Notes: generated from the letters alone by a model not told the origin. 64,000 bases of DNA from Candidatus Latescibacterota bacterium (GCA_963667175.2 CAXXXF010000002.1:192001-256000); one strand, 5' to 3'. Positions 1 to 9,575 are shown, counted from the stretch's first letter. Translations and numbers: made by a program.

Positions 1-31
1 GCCACAGCCATTGCGTCCTGCCGGCTGTGGC
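1..31. terminator. Stem-loop just downstream of the sigma factor gene (possible terminator)
   Basis: GCCACAGCC (1-9) and GGCTGTGGC (23-31) form an inverted repeat. The minus-strand U-tract would fall outside the window. Confidence 0.35.
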
Positions 32-49
32 TTTACAGGGACGGTGCTT

Positions 50-907
50 TCAGTGAAGATAGGCCTTGAGGGGGCGGCTTCTGGAATTGTGGCGCAGCCT
101 GTGGATGGCTTTTTCCTTGATCTGGCGTACCCGCTCCCGGGTCAGCCCGAAGCGTTCGCCGATCTCTTCCAGCGTGAGCGGGTGCTCCCGGTTGATGCCA
201 AAGTAGAGGCTGATCACTTCGGCTTCCCGGGGCGTGAGGGTTGCCAGCGCTTTTTCGACCTCACGGTGCAGTGAGTCGTCGATAAGCGATTCATCGGGGG
301 GCGGCTGCAACCGATCTTCGAGAATGTCCAGCAGACTGTTGTCTTCACTTTCGCTGAACGGGGCGTCAAGCGAAAGATGCCGGCTCGAGATCTTGAGCGT
401 ATCCATCACCTCGTAATCGCTCATTTCGAGTTCGTCGGCGATTTCGCTGGGGCTGGGCTCTCGCCCGAATTCCTGCTCCAGCCCGCTGGATGCCTTGCCG
501 ATTTTGTGCAGGGCGCCCACCCTGTTCAAGGGCAGCCGAACAATTCTGGACTGCTCGGCGAGCGCCTGCAGAATGGCCTGCCTGATCCACCAGACGGCAT
601 AGGAGATGAACTTGAAGCCTTTTGTTTCGTCAAAGCGTTTGGCTGCTTTTATCAGACCCAGATTTCCCTCGTTGATCAGATCTCCCATGGAGAGACCCTG
701 GTTCTGGTATTGCTTGGCCACGCTGACAACAAATCTCAGATTGGCTTTGGTCAACTTTTCGAGGGCATCCTGGTCGCCCTTCTTGATCCGCTTGGCGAGG
801 GCGATTTCTTCGTCTGCCGTGAGGAGATCGACTTCTCCGATCTCTTGAAGGTACTGATCCAGAGATTCATCTTCGCGCGCGTACGGCCTCTTGGCTAGCT
901 TAGACAC
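50..907 (-). CDS. RNA polymerase sigma-70 factor, RpoD/SigA family (short form lacking region 1.1)
   Basis: Region 1.2 (YLQEIG), region 2 ([42 protein letters not shown]) and region 4 HTH ([19 protein letters not shown]). GTG start. Confidence 0.95.
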   Translation of the reverse strand: MSKLAKRPYAREDESLDQYLQEIGEVDLLTADEEIALAKRIKKGDQDALEKLTKANLRFVVSVAKQYQNQGLSMGDLINEGNLGLIKAAKRFDETKGFKFISYAVWWIRQAILQALAEQSRIVRLPLNRVGALHKIGKASSGLEQEFGREPSPSEIADELEMSDYEVMDTLKISSRHLSLDAPFSESEDNSLLDILEDRLQPPPDESLIDDSLHREVEKALATLTPREAEVISLYFGINREHPLTLEEIGERFGLTRERVRQIKEKAIHRLRHNSRSRPLKAYLH

Positions 908-1141
908 TCGTCAGCCTTTCTTTGCACCGGGGAGGTCGGTTCAGTTGGCCGGGGTTTCGGAGCCGGACTGTGAGCCGAGAAACTAGTTCGGGAGAATCGA
1001 CTGAATTCCTCGAAGGGGACGTAAGACTGTCGTAGTGAACCTTGCTGCTGTGGACGTGGGTACCGTTGACAGGAGTTCGCTACATGAGATTGGTCTCCTT
1101 TCGGACAATCGGATGAACTTCAGCAAACGGCTGAAGCGCGA

Positions 1142-2524
1142 TCAGCGTCCCGGTCGGAGGGCGACGAACTGCGTGTTGCCGTCGTCCTTCTTCAGGATCA
1201 GGAACACACCGGGCCTGACGGCTCTTTTGATCTCTTCGACCATCCTGCGATAGTCCCGGACGCTTGAGATACCGACACCGTCGATTTCCAGGATCGCATC
1301 GCCGCGTTCGATTCGTTTTTTCTCCGCCGGACTTCCGGGCGCGACGTAATGAACCACAACACCGGGCCCGGTTCTGGACGCCTGCAAACGGCCGCTTTCC
1401 CAATCTGAGCGATTCTTAACCTCAAGTCCGGGCCAGTTTGTAGGGTCGGTTCGAAATCTGTCGGGGGGCCTGGGCTGCTTCGGCCTCCTGTCGAGCGTAC
1501 AGGAAATCGTTCGCGGCACACCGTCACGAAGAATGAACAGCGAAACGGATTCGCCCGGACGGTACCCGGTAATCCGATTCAGAAATTCCTGGGCATTGCG
1601 GATGGGGTCGGCGTCGAGCGTCCTGATGACGTCGCCTCTCTTGAGGCCGCCCCGCCCCGCCGGGCTGTCCGACTGAATTTCACCGATCAGGATGCCCGAA
1701 GTCGAGTCCAGTTCCAGCGCATCCGCAAGATCGGACGTAAGGTCCTGCGGGTGAATACCGAGATAGCCGCGGACGACCTCGCCGTGTTCGCGGAGTTGTC
1801 CGGCAACGCGTCCGGCGACGTCTATGGGTATGGCGAACCCGATGCCGGATCCCGCGGGATTGTAAGCGGTATTCACGCCGACGACACGACCCGCGCTATT
1901 GACCAGGGGCCCGCCGCTGTTTCCAGGATTGATGGATGCGTCCGTCTGCAGGAAATCCTGAAACGGCGGCGCCGGAAGTTCCCCCTGTATTCGTTCCAGA
2001 TGCCTTCCCTTTGCGCTGATCACACCCACGCTGACGGTATGATGAAATCCGAAGGGACTGCCGACGGCCATTACCCAGTCACCGACCTGTATTGAATCGG
2101 TGGCGCCCAGGCGGGCAATACGGGAACGATCGATGGGCGCTGCCGAAAGCAGCCGGATAAGCGCGAGGTCCGTGTCGGGATCCTGCCCGACAATTTCGGC
2201 GGCATATTCCTTGCCGTCGGAAAAACCGACCTGGATGCCTGTGGCGCCTTCTATGACGTGGTTGCTGGTCAGGATATGACCCGTCGCGTCCAGCACGAAG
2301 CCGGATCCGTAACGCAACGCCGAGGGGCCCTGGCGCAACCCTGTGCGGGAGATCTCCTTGCCGTAAGCGCTCTTGACGGAGATACTGACGACCACGGGCC
2401 TTACCAGCCTGGCAACTTCGGCGAATGACCGATCGGGACTGGCGGCCCATGCCGTCTGGATACGCAAAAGGAACAGGCATGCGAAGAAGACAGCCTGGCG
2501 AACCCGCTTCGGTTGGGGTGTCAT
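1142..2524 (-). CDS. degP: Do/DegP (HtrA) serine endopeptidase with two PDZ domains
   Basis: Trypsin motifs GSGF, TSNHVI, TDLAL and QTDASINPGNSGGPL; two PDZ domains; signal peptide. Start placed at ATG 2524 because the upstream ORF extension is repeat-derived. Confidence 0.93.
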   Translation of the reverse strand: MTPQPKRVRQAVFFACLFLLRIQTAWAASPDRSFAEVARLVRPVVVSISVKSAYGKEISRTGLRQGPSALRYGSGFVLDATGHILTSNHVIEGATGIQVGFSDGKEYAAEIVGQDPDTDLALIRLLSAAPIDRSRIARLGATDSIQVGDWVMAVGSPFGFHHTVSVGVISAKGRHLERIQGELPAPPFQDFLQTDASINPGNSGGPLVNSAGRVVGVNTAYNPAGSGIGFAIPIDVAGRVAGQLREHGEVVRGYLGIHPQDLTSDLADALELDSTSGILIGEIQSDSPAGRGGLKRGDVIRTLDADPIRNAQEFLNRITGYRPGESVSLFILRDGVPRTISCTLDRRPKQPRPPDRFRTDPTNWPGLEVKNRSDWESGRLQASRTGPGVVVHYVAPGSPAEKKRIERGDAILEIDGVGISSVRDYRRMVEEIKRAVRPGVFLILKKDDGNTQFVALRPGR

Positions 2525-2532
2525 GCCGATAA

Positions 2533-2747
2533 CAGTCCGTTGAAAAAGTCGCACTGCAGGCGAGGTCGAGTCATTGTGGCCGAAGACAAGGCGCGCCTGT
2601 CTGCGTGCCTGCCTGCGCCGAGACGTGCTCGGCAGGCAGGCGGACACGCACAGGCAGGCAACGCCGTATTTCGGTCACAAGGGCCGGACGCCTGTCTGCG
2701 TGCGAACGCACAGGCAGGTAGCCCGGATGGACTTTTTCAACGGGCTG
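2533..2747. mobile_element. MITE-like non-autonomous element, family A (18-bp terminal inverted repeats, nested palindromes inside)
   Basis: CAGTCCGTTGAAAAAGTC (2533-2550) pairs with GACTTTTTCAACGGGCTG (2730-2747) at 17/18 positions. ATAA flanks both sides. A shorter copy lies at 53310-53417. Confidence 0.75.
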
Positions 2748-2762
2748 ATAAGGCCGAAGAGA

Positions 2763-3107
2763 TCATTTCTCCGCCTCTGCGGCTTTCTCCTCTTCCTGGC
2801 TCTTGCCGGCTTTCAGATTCTTCAGATGGGTTTCCCGCTCCTGCAGCAGATTTTCCAGTTCGTTGATTCTCCGTACCAATTCCTGAACTTCGTCCGTCTG
2901 GACGCCGCCGCTGTCGTTGCCCTCGGACAGGCGGGCATAGACCGCACCGCCCAACTCGGCGAACGCTTCGTGTATTGCGTGACGGGCTCCCGCGATATCG
3001 AGCCTGGCGCGACCTATTCTACCCAGGCGTTCGGCCTTGTGGGCCGCGGTTGCCGCGCTGTCGATGATTCCTCTCTTGATGCGTTCCCAAAGCGTATCGG
3101 TATTCAT
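2763..3107 (-). CDS. Hypothetical small coiled-coil protein
   Basis: 114-aa ATG ORF with GGAG upstream, 17 bp downstream of the BMC fusion gene; helical and charged. Confidence 0.75.
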   Translation of the reverse strand: MNTDTLWERIKRGIIDSAATAAHKAERLGRIGRARLDIAGARHAIHEAFAELGGAVYARLSEGNDSGGVQTDEVQELVRRINELENLLQERETHLKNLKAGKSQEEEKAAEAEK

Positions 3108-3124
3108 CCGGGACTCCCTGGACG

Positions 3125-3592
3125 TTATTCGTCGACGTTGTCATTCGCGCTGTGGAGCGCCTGGATTAATTGCTGGCGGGTCGCGCGGGAAATCTCGCGC
3201 CCTCTGATGGACAAACCGGGCGTCCTTCTGGCCAGGCTGCGGAGTTGTGCAACCGAGAGACCGCCAAGGTCCGGATTTTCGGAGGCAGCGGGTTGGGTTC
3301 GGTCCGGGGGTTGCGGACCGTTTAACTCAAATACGTCTACCAGATCGTCGTGAGGGTTCGGTATCACGTGGCGGGATACCAGCTGGCCGACCTGTTCCGC
3401 GGCCTCCGCGGCAGCCTGTACAGCGGCCTGTACCGCCCCCACGTCGCCCAGAATTCGAATGGAAACCAGGCCTCCCTCGATCTTTTCCACAGCCGCGAGT
3501 TCGACGGCCGCCGCTTTAACGGCCGCGTCGGCCGCTTCAACGACGCCGGTAAATCCACGGGTTTCGATCAGGCCTAACGCGTTTTTCGCCAT
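3125..3592 (-). CDS. BMC-H shell protein with C-terminal helical extension (PduK/EutK-like architecture)
   Basis: N-terminal BMC domain (ALGLIETRG...AADAAVKAA...GDVGAVQAAV...HVIPNPH), a Pro-rich linker, then a ~45-aa helical domain. Confidence 0.9.
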   Translation of the reverse strand: MAKNALGLIETRGFTGVVEAADAAVKAAAVELAAVEKIEGGLVSIRILGDVGAVQAAVQAAAEAAEQVGQLVSRHVIPNPHDDLVDVFELNGPQPPDRTQPAASENPDLGGLSVAQLRSLARRTPGLSIRGREISRATRQQLIQALHSANDNVDE

Positions 3593-3858
3593 CGATGGAC
3601 CCTGAGCAGGAAACGCGGAAACAGGAAGGCGGCCATGCCGGTCGCACGGATGCGTTCGGCGTGGCCGCCTTCGGTCAATTCTGCAGATGAAGGTGGGCGA
3701 AGTTCATTAGGACCATTCGGTGTAGGAACGCAAAAGCGCCATAGCTATATGCTATATTAAATACCAAAAATAAAGATAAGTAAAATCTCCGTTCGTGTCA
3801 CGTTCTTTTTGTGCGCTTTGTGGATTTCCACGCTATTATATTCAAAAAAAACAATAAG

Positions 3859-5292
3859 TTATCTAAAAAAGTCCTGCGACCAATGATACCGACTCGCGCC
3901 TTTCTCCGTGCCGAACCAGACGTAGTCTTCCTGCAGGAGCACGGCCTGCGTGCGGTCGTCGATCAGGCCGTTGGTTTGCGTGTAACGCCTCCAGAGTCCG
4001 GTTGAAACGTCGAAGCGGAACGCGCCGACTTCGGTACCCAGCCAGACGCTGACCGTATCCGCCGCGATCGCGACGTGCCGGTTGCCGTGTATCTCTGCGA
4101 GCGCGAATCGTTGCCACACCGTGTCGGGTGGCGCGAGATGGATGAGCGTCGACGGAGATTCAACGGTCGCCCATACTCTGTCTTTCCACGTGGCCAGCCC
4201 GTTGATGGGACGGGACGTGAACCCGCCGGCGCTTTGGACGGGCGTCCAGGTCACGTCCCCGACGCGGCAGCGAAACATGCCAAGATGAGTGCCCGCCCAG
4301 ATATAGTCGGCGCCTTCCGCCATGGCCAGAATGGAGAATCTTTCGCTGCCGTCGACCCACCGGATGGTGTCGGCGAGCGTATCGAAGACGGCCAGTCCGG
4401 CCTGGGTGCCAATCCATAGCCGGGTATTCGACATGGCCAGGGCGGTGACCCCGCGCCGGCGGGGCAGGCGGTAGGTTGTCCACCGTCCGGTGTCGCGGAC
4501 GTACCGGATGAGGCCGTTCCAGGCGCCGAACCAGACCGCATCGCTGTCCGGAAGAATGGTTGAGACACGGGCCTCGTCGAGACCCATGACGTCCTCCGGT
4601 TCGAAGTATTCCCACGTGCGGGTCGACAGGTCGTATCGTGTAATTCCCTGTTCTCTTATACCAGAAACGCCTTTGCCCCCGAACCAGATACTGTCTCCGT
4701 CTCTGGCCATGGCGCTGATGTTTTCGTCGAGAGGGCCGAATGCGTGGAACTCGAGCTGCCGGTCCGTCATATTCGCCTTGCCGACGCCCAGCCCCCCGGT
4801 GCCGATCCACAGGGTGTGCCACGTGTCCATCAGCGTGGCGGTTATGGGATAGCTCTTGCGCGGACCCCGGATCCAGCCGTCCTGAAGAAAGTGGCCAAAA
4901 GGCAGATAGACCGGCGGGATCGGCACTGGCGGTCGGCGCGGGGGCGGGTCGTCGCCGAAGAAGGAAACGCTTTCGAGCCGGGTCAGCCAGCGGACCGCGC
5001 CGGACGGCGTGTCCAGCCAGAGGTCGCCGGTATTGGCGTCGTAGGCCAGGGCGCGAATGCGGTTGTCGGGCAGACCGTCCAGAACGGTTAACGGCCTGTG
5101 CCAGCGGTCTCCGTAGACGTCGTACCGACGGATTCCGTTCCGGGTGCCGATGTAGATGTACTGGCTGCCTTCGGCCACGGCTGTCACCGAATTCATGTTG
5201 GGAAAGGCCGTCCAGAGTTCCCGATCGAAGGCGTGGGCGGGTGCGGAAAGCAGGAGAAACAACGCGCTGAAAAGGGAGATCATGGGTACCAC
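3859..5292 (-). CDS. Secreted beta-propeller protein (two-component-regulator propeller-like repeats)
   Basis: Signal peptide ending AHA; repeated xWxGTxxG and GLPDN/GLIDD blades. Confidence 0.85.
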   Translation of the reverse strand: MVPMISLFSALFLLLSAPAHAFDRELWTAFPNMNSVTAVAEGSQYIYIGTRNGIRRYDVYGDRWHRPLTVLDGLPDNRIRALAYDANTGDLWLDTPSGAVRWLTRLESVSFFGDDPPPRRPPVPIPPVYLPFGHFLQDGWIRGPRKSYPITATLMDTWHTLWIGTGGLGVGKANMTDRQLEFHAFGPLDENISAMARDGDSIWFGGKGVSGIREQGITRYDLSTRTWEYFEPEDVMGLDEARVSTILPDSDAVWFGAWNGLIRYVRDTGRWTTYRLPRRRGVTALAMSNTRLWIGTQAGLAVFDTLADTIRWVDGSERFSILAMAEGADYIWAGTHLGMFRCRVGDVTWTPVQSAGGFTSRPINGLATWKDRVWATVESPSTLIHLAPPDTVWQRFALAEIHGNRHVAIAADTVSVWLGTEVGAFRFDVSTGLWRRYTQTNGLIDDRTQAVLLQEDYVWFGTEKGASRYHWSQDFFR

Positions 5293-5302
5293 GACGTGTG
5301 CG

Positions 5303-6499
5303 CTACGACAGGCGTCTGAGGAAGGCCGCGGTTTCCCGGGCGACGATGATTTCTTCGTTTGTGGTCACAATCAGTGTCTTCACGGGGCTTTCTGACGTGG
5401 AAATCAGCCGTTCGGGCGGCCCTGAGCGGTTCTTGTCGGGATCCAGTTGAACGCCGAGGAATTCCAGACCGCTGCAGATACGCCGCCGAACGTGGACCCC
5501 GCGCTCACCGATCCCCCCCGCGCAGGCAAGCGCATCGACGCCGCCGAGCGCGGCGGCCATCGCGCCGATTGCCGTCTTCACGCCGTAGCAGAAGGCATCG
5601 ATGGCCAGTCCTGCCCGTCGATTGCCTGCGGCGGCGGCCGTTTCCAGGTCGCGCACGTCGCCGCTGACGCCGGAGATTCCGAGCAGACCGCTTTCCGTGG
5701 TGAGGATTCGCCGGATCTCGTCCGTGGAAAGGCCTTCGCGATCCATGATGAAGGGAATGATGAACGGGTCGATAGCGCCGTTGCGGTTGCCGTGGATGAT
5801 GCCGTCCTGGGCGGAGAATCCCATGGTGGTGTCGATGGACCGGCCGTCCTTGACGGCGCACAGAGACGCGCTGCCGCCCAGGTGGCACGAAATCAGCTTC
5901 AACCCGTCCGACGGCCGGTCGAGGAGCCGGGGGACCCTTTCGGAGATATAACGGTGGGACGCGCCGTGAAAGCCGTATTTTCGCACGCCGTAGGTTTCGT
6001 GCCAGGCAAAGGGAACGCCGTAGGTGTACGCGTAGTCCGGAATGGTGGTGTGGAACGCCGGTTCGAACAGGCCCACCAGTGGAAGGCCGGGATATAATTC
6101 CCGGAAGATCCGGATCGCGAGGATGTACGGCGGGTTGTGGGCCGGGGCGAGTTCGTTGTAGTCGGCCATGCGTTCGAGAATCCCGTCGTCCAGCAGGTAG
6201 GTCCCGGGTTTCCCGCGCAGGTGGACGGTCTTGAACCCCACCGCGTCCAGGTCCGACAGGTCGGAGAGTACGCCGGTGCGCACGTCTGTGAGACGCGCGA
6301 TAACGTCGCGTACGGCACAGGTATAATCCGGCAGGCATTGTTCCGTTTCAACGGCGTATTCGCCAATCTGATGGGCAACCGGAGAAGACGGATCGCCGAT
6401 GCGCTCGAGGCGTCCCTCGGCGATCACCGTCTCGTCCTTCATATCGAACAGTCTGTACTTGAAGGACGTACTGCCCACGTTGGCAACGAGGATTTTCAT
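5303..6499 (-). CDS. ackA: Acetate/propionate kinase
   Basis: NVGSTSFKY, APAHNP, RKYGFHGASH, CHLGGSAS, DTTMGF, GGIGE and TNEE motifs. Confidence 0.95.
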   Translation of the reverse strand: MKILVANVGSTSFKYRLFDMKDETVIAEGRLERIGDPSSPVAHQIGEYAVETEQCLPDYTCAVRDVIARLTDVRTGVLSDLSDLDAVGFKTVHLRGKPGTYLLDDGILERMADYNELAPAHNPPYILAIRIFRELYPGLPLVGLFEPAFHTTIPDYAYTYGVPFAWHETYGVRKYGFHGASHRYISERVPRLLDRPSDGLKLISCHLGGSASLCAVKDGRSIDTTMGFSAQDGIIHGNRNGAIDPFIIPFIMDREGLSTDEIRRILTTESGLLGISGVSGDVRDLETAAAAGNRRAGLAIDAFCYGVKTAIGAMAAALGGVDALACAGGIGERGVHVRRRICSGLEFLGVQLDPDKNRSGPPERLISTSESPVKTLIVTTNEEIIVARETAAFLRRLS

Positions 6500-6545
6500 A
6501 GGCGGCGGGAGTCGGGTGCTGCGGGACAGAACACGTCTCGCGGTT

Positions 6546-7364
6546 CTATTTGCGGAGTTCCTGCATCACCTGGCGGGTGATTTCGGTGACCAGATCGGCC
6601 TCCGATGGCGGGGGGCCGACGGATGGGGCCGACGCGCTGCGCGTGCGAAGGGTGGGGATTTGCGAGTCAGGTGCGCCGGAGGCGCCGGATTGATCCTTTC
6701 CCGCGACGCACGCGGGATCCGGTCCCCGGATTCCCAGGCGATTGCGGATCTGCAGGAGCTTGTCAACCTGGTCCCGGCTCAGGACGTTCGCGCCGCCCAA
6801 CTGACGCGCGACGAACAGGATGCGTGCGAAATGTTCGAGGGTCTCCATTTTGAAATAAGCGTCCATCACGCCGGAACCCACGGTGGTGGCGCCGTGATTC
6901 TCGAGCAGGTAGGCGTCGTAGTCCTTGACGAATTTTCGGATCGGCTCGGATATTTCGGGGCCGCCCGGCGTGCCGTACTCAGCGGTGGGAATCGATCCGA
7001 GTGTGATCACGACTTCGGGAAGCACGCAATCGGTCAGCGGCATTCCTGCAACGGAGAATCCGGTGGCCGTGGGCGGATGGGCGTGGACAACCGCCTTGAC
7101 GTCGGGCCTTTCCCTGTAGAGAAACAGATGCATGCCGATTTCGGAGGACGGATCGAGGCGCCCGCTTATCTTCCGGCCTTCCATGTCACAGACGCACAGA
7201 TCCTCCACGGCGAGGTTCCCCTTGCACAGCCCGCCGGGCGTCACGATCAGGCGGCCTTCATCGAAGCGCGCGGAGACGTTGCCGTCGCTCGCGACGATAT
7301 ATCCTCTGTCGTAGAGCCTGCGTCCGGCCTCCACGATATCCAGCTTTGCCTGATGTAGCGTCAT
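6546..7364 (-). CDS. Class II aldolase (fuculose/rhamnulose-phosphate aldolase-like) with C-terminal encapsulation peptide
   Basis: GNVS, PSSE.GMH, VHAHPP and LENHG Zn motifs; linker followed by an amphipathic helix EADLVTEITRQVMQEL. Confidence 0.92.
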   Translation of the reverse strand: MTLHQAKLDIVEAGRRLYDRGYIVASDGNVSARFDEGRLIVTPGGLCKGNLAVEDLCVCDMEGRKISGRLDPSSEIGMHLFLYRERPDVKAVVHAHPPTATGFSVAGMPLTDCVLPEVVITLGSIPTAEYGTPGGPEISEPIRKFVKDYDAYLLENHGATTVGSGVMDAYFKMETLEHFARILFVARQLGGANVLSRDQVDKLLQIRNRLGIRGPDPACVAGKDQSGASGAPDSQIPTLRTRSASAPSVGPPPSEADLVTEITRQVMQELRK

Positions 7365-7415
7365 AACTTGGTGACCTGAAGGTGACCGACGGGCGCCGTT
7401 GGCCGATACGCTGGT

Positions 7416-7694
7416 CTACGCCTGCGGCTCACACGCGATCTGGTCCACAATGCCCACGATAACGGAGCGGATCGGCGGCCGATCCACCCCCAGGACCTGC
7501 GCGGCCGCAACGCCCTGGCGGAGAACGAGGACGGTCTCGCCCGCGCCCGCGCCCGCGGTGTCGACCGCAAGCAGCGTGTTCCCGCGGTCGCTGCCGTCTG
7601 GCTGAACAGGCTGAATCACCATCAGTTTGGCGGCTTCGTAGGCAGGATGTTTCAGCGTGGAAACAACGCTGCCGAGCACGCGTGCGAGAATCAT
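7416..7694 (-). CDS. eutN: BMC vertex pentamer (EutN/CcmL family)
   Basis: MILARVLGSVVSTLKH...AVDTAGAGAGETVLV...IVGIVD. An alternative in-frame ATG exists at 7805. Confidence 0.92.
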   Translation of the reverse strand: MILARVLGSVVSTLKHPAYEAAKLMVIQPVQPDGSDRGNTLLAVDTAGAGAGETVLVLRQGVAAAQVLGVDRPPIRSVIVGIVDQIACEPQA

Positions 7695-7801
7695 GTGAAA
7701 AACTCGCTCTGCAGGCCTCTTGTGGCAATTGATTTCAGCCACGCATTTTTCGTTTTTTTCGCGTATTTCGTAGTTTCCAATGTCATTTTCCGGGTAGCTT
7801 C

Positions 7802-8074
7802 TCATTCGTTCCGGATATCGATCCGGTCGGCAATGCCGACGATGGCGGCGTCTACGGGGCCGTATTTCTCGGGGAGGGCATTGGGCGCTTCCCTGGCACA
7901 GACCCAGTAGACGGTCTCGCCCTGACCCGCGCTGACGACGTCGGCGGCCACCAGCGTATCGGCGAGATCCTTCCGTCGATGGTCCAGAGGACGGATAACG
8001 AGCAGCCGGATGCCGGTCAGCGAGGAGTCTTTGCGCGTGGCGACGACTTTACCGATGACACGACCGAGTTGCAT
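7802..8074 (-). CDS. eutN: BMC vertex pentamer (EutN/CcmL family)
   Basis: MQLGRVIGKVVATRKD...AGQGE...PVDAAIVGIAD. Confidence 0.93.
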   Translation of the reverse strand: MQLGRVIGKVVATRKDSSLTGIRLLVIRPLDHRRKDLADTLVAADVVSAGQGETVYWVCAREAPNALPEKYGPVDAAIVGIADRIDIRNE

Positions 8075-8138
8075 GGGGCCCGAGGCGTTGAAAGTGGCAC
8101 GCGGAACTGGTTCTCGCCACTCCGCTCATTGCCGGATT

Positions 8139-9575
8139 TCAGACAATCCGGAAATAGTCGACCAGCGTGCAGCGGCGCTGCCGCGTAAAGGTTCTGGCGG
8201 AGGTGCAACCCTCCCCGGTTGGTGTTGCGATGGAGAACGACGTATACCCTTCGCCGCCCGCGCCCACCCCCGCGGCGGACGGGCCGTTCTTGATAAAGAG
8301 GCTGCAGCGGCACGCCCGCGCCATATTGGTCATGTTTTCCACGTTCCTGGAGTGCATCACCGCCGTGTGGTGATAGCCATGTTCGGCCTCCACGGCCCGT
8401 TTGATCCCGGTGTTCACGTCAGGTACCCGGACAAATGGAATGAACGGCATCATCTGCTCGTTCTGCGTGAAGGGGTGCGAGGCTTCAACCTCACCGATGA
8501 GCAACTCGGTCTCAGGCGGCACGTTCAGGCCGATGCTCTCGGCGAGAACATTCGGATTGCGGCCAACGAATTCGCGGTTGACGTTCCGTTCGCCTCTGTC
8601 GTCTTCGGTGAATGCCCGCCCTGTCAGGTTGTCTATCTGGCCGCGGTCCAATTCCACGCATCCCCTGGAAAGCAGAGAACGCTTGAGTTCGTCGGCAACC
8701 GATTCGACGACGAAGATTTCCTTCTCGCCGATGCAGAGGATATTGTTGTCGAAGGCGCCGCCTTCCACGATGCCCTCCGCCGCCACGTCGAGATCAGCGG
8801 TTTCGTCGACGACCACCGGAGGATTGCCGGGACCCGCGGCAATGGCGCGTTTCGGCGCTTGCATGGCGGCTCTGACGACGCCGCCTCCGCCCGTGACCAG
8901 TATCAGATCGATCTTCGGATGTACGAACAGGTCCTGTGCGGTCTGGATACCGGGCTCGTGGACCGCGGTCAATAGATTCGCGGGGCCGCCCGCGTCGACG
9001 ATGGCCCGATTGAGGATCCGGATGCCCAGAAGGGAGGCTTTTTTGGCGGCGGGATGCGGCGCAAATACGGCGCCGTTCCCGGCGGCGATCAAGCTGATGG
9101 CATTGTTCACGGTCGTCGGGACCGGGTGGGTGGAGGGCGTGACGGCGGCAACGACGCCGAAGGGCGCCAACTCGACGACGGTCAGACCGCGGTCTCCGGT
9201 CCAGGCAACCGGTTCCAGGTCTTCGACGCCCGGAGTGAGGCGGGCGACCACCTCGAACTTCCGGATCTTGTGGGCAATTCTGCCCATACCGGTTTCGTCG
9301 ATGGTCATCTGCGCGAGGCCCTTTGCGTGCTCCAGCGCCGCCCGCCGAATGGCCTCGATGATTCCCCGCCTGGCTTCGAGCGACAGGGATTCCAGATCCC
9401 GCTGCGCAATGGCGGCAGCATCGATCGCGTGGTCGAGACGTTCGAAGACGCCATCGTCCCCGTTGCCGGCCGGCCGGGCCGGTGACGAGACGACCGCGGG
9501 CGCCTGCTTCTCAGGCGTAAGGTTACGGACGACTTCCTCAACAACCGATCTGATCTGTGCTTCGCTGATATTCAT
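8139..9575 (-). CDS. eutE: CoA-acylating aldehyde dehydrogenase (EutE/PduP family) with N-terminal encapsulation peptide
   Basis: APFGVVAAVTPSTHP, TGGGGVV, AGPGNPP and FDNNILCIGEK (catalytic Cys); N-terminal SEAQIRSVVEEVVRNL helix. Confidence 0.95.
   Translation of the reverse strand: MNISEAQIRSVVEEVVRNLTPEKQAPAVVSSPARPAGNGDDGVFERLDHAIDAAAIAQRDLESLSLEARRGIIEAIRRAALEHAKGLAQMTIDETGMGRIAHKIRKFEVVARLTPGVEDLEPVAWTGDRGLTVVELAPFGVVAAVTPSTHPVPTTVNNAISLIAAGNGAVFAPHPAAKKASLLGIRILNRAIVDAGGPANLLTAVHEPGIQTAQDLFVHPKIDLILVTGGGGVVRAAMQAPKRAIAAGPGNPPVVVDETADLDVAAEGIVEGGAFDNNILCIGEKEIFVVESVADELKRSLLSRGCVELDRGQIDNLTGRAFTEDDRGERNVNREFVGRNPNVLAESIGLNVPPETELLIGEVEASHPFTQNEQMMPFIPFVRVPDVNTGIKRAVEAEHGYHHTAVMHSRNVENMTNMARACRCSLFIKNGPSAAGVGAGGEGYTSFSIATPTGEGCTSARTFTRQRRCTLVDYFRIV

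Noticed and set aside
2525-2647. N-terminal extension of DegP in the ORF track
   Set aside because: It is translated repeat sequence; the signal peptide begins at ATG 2524.
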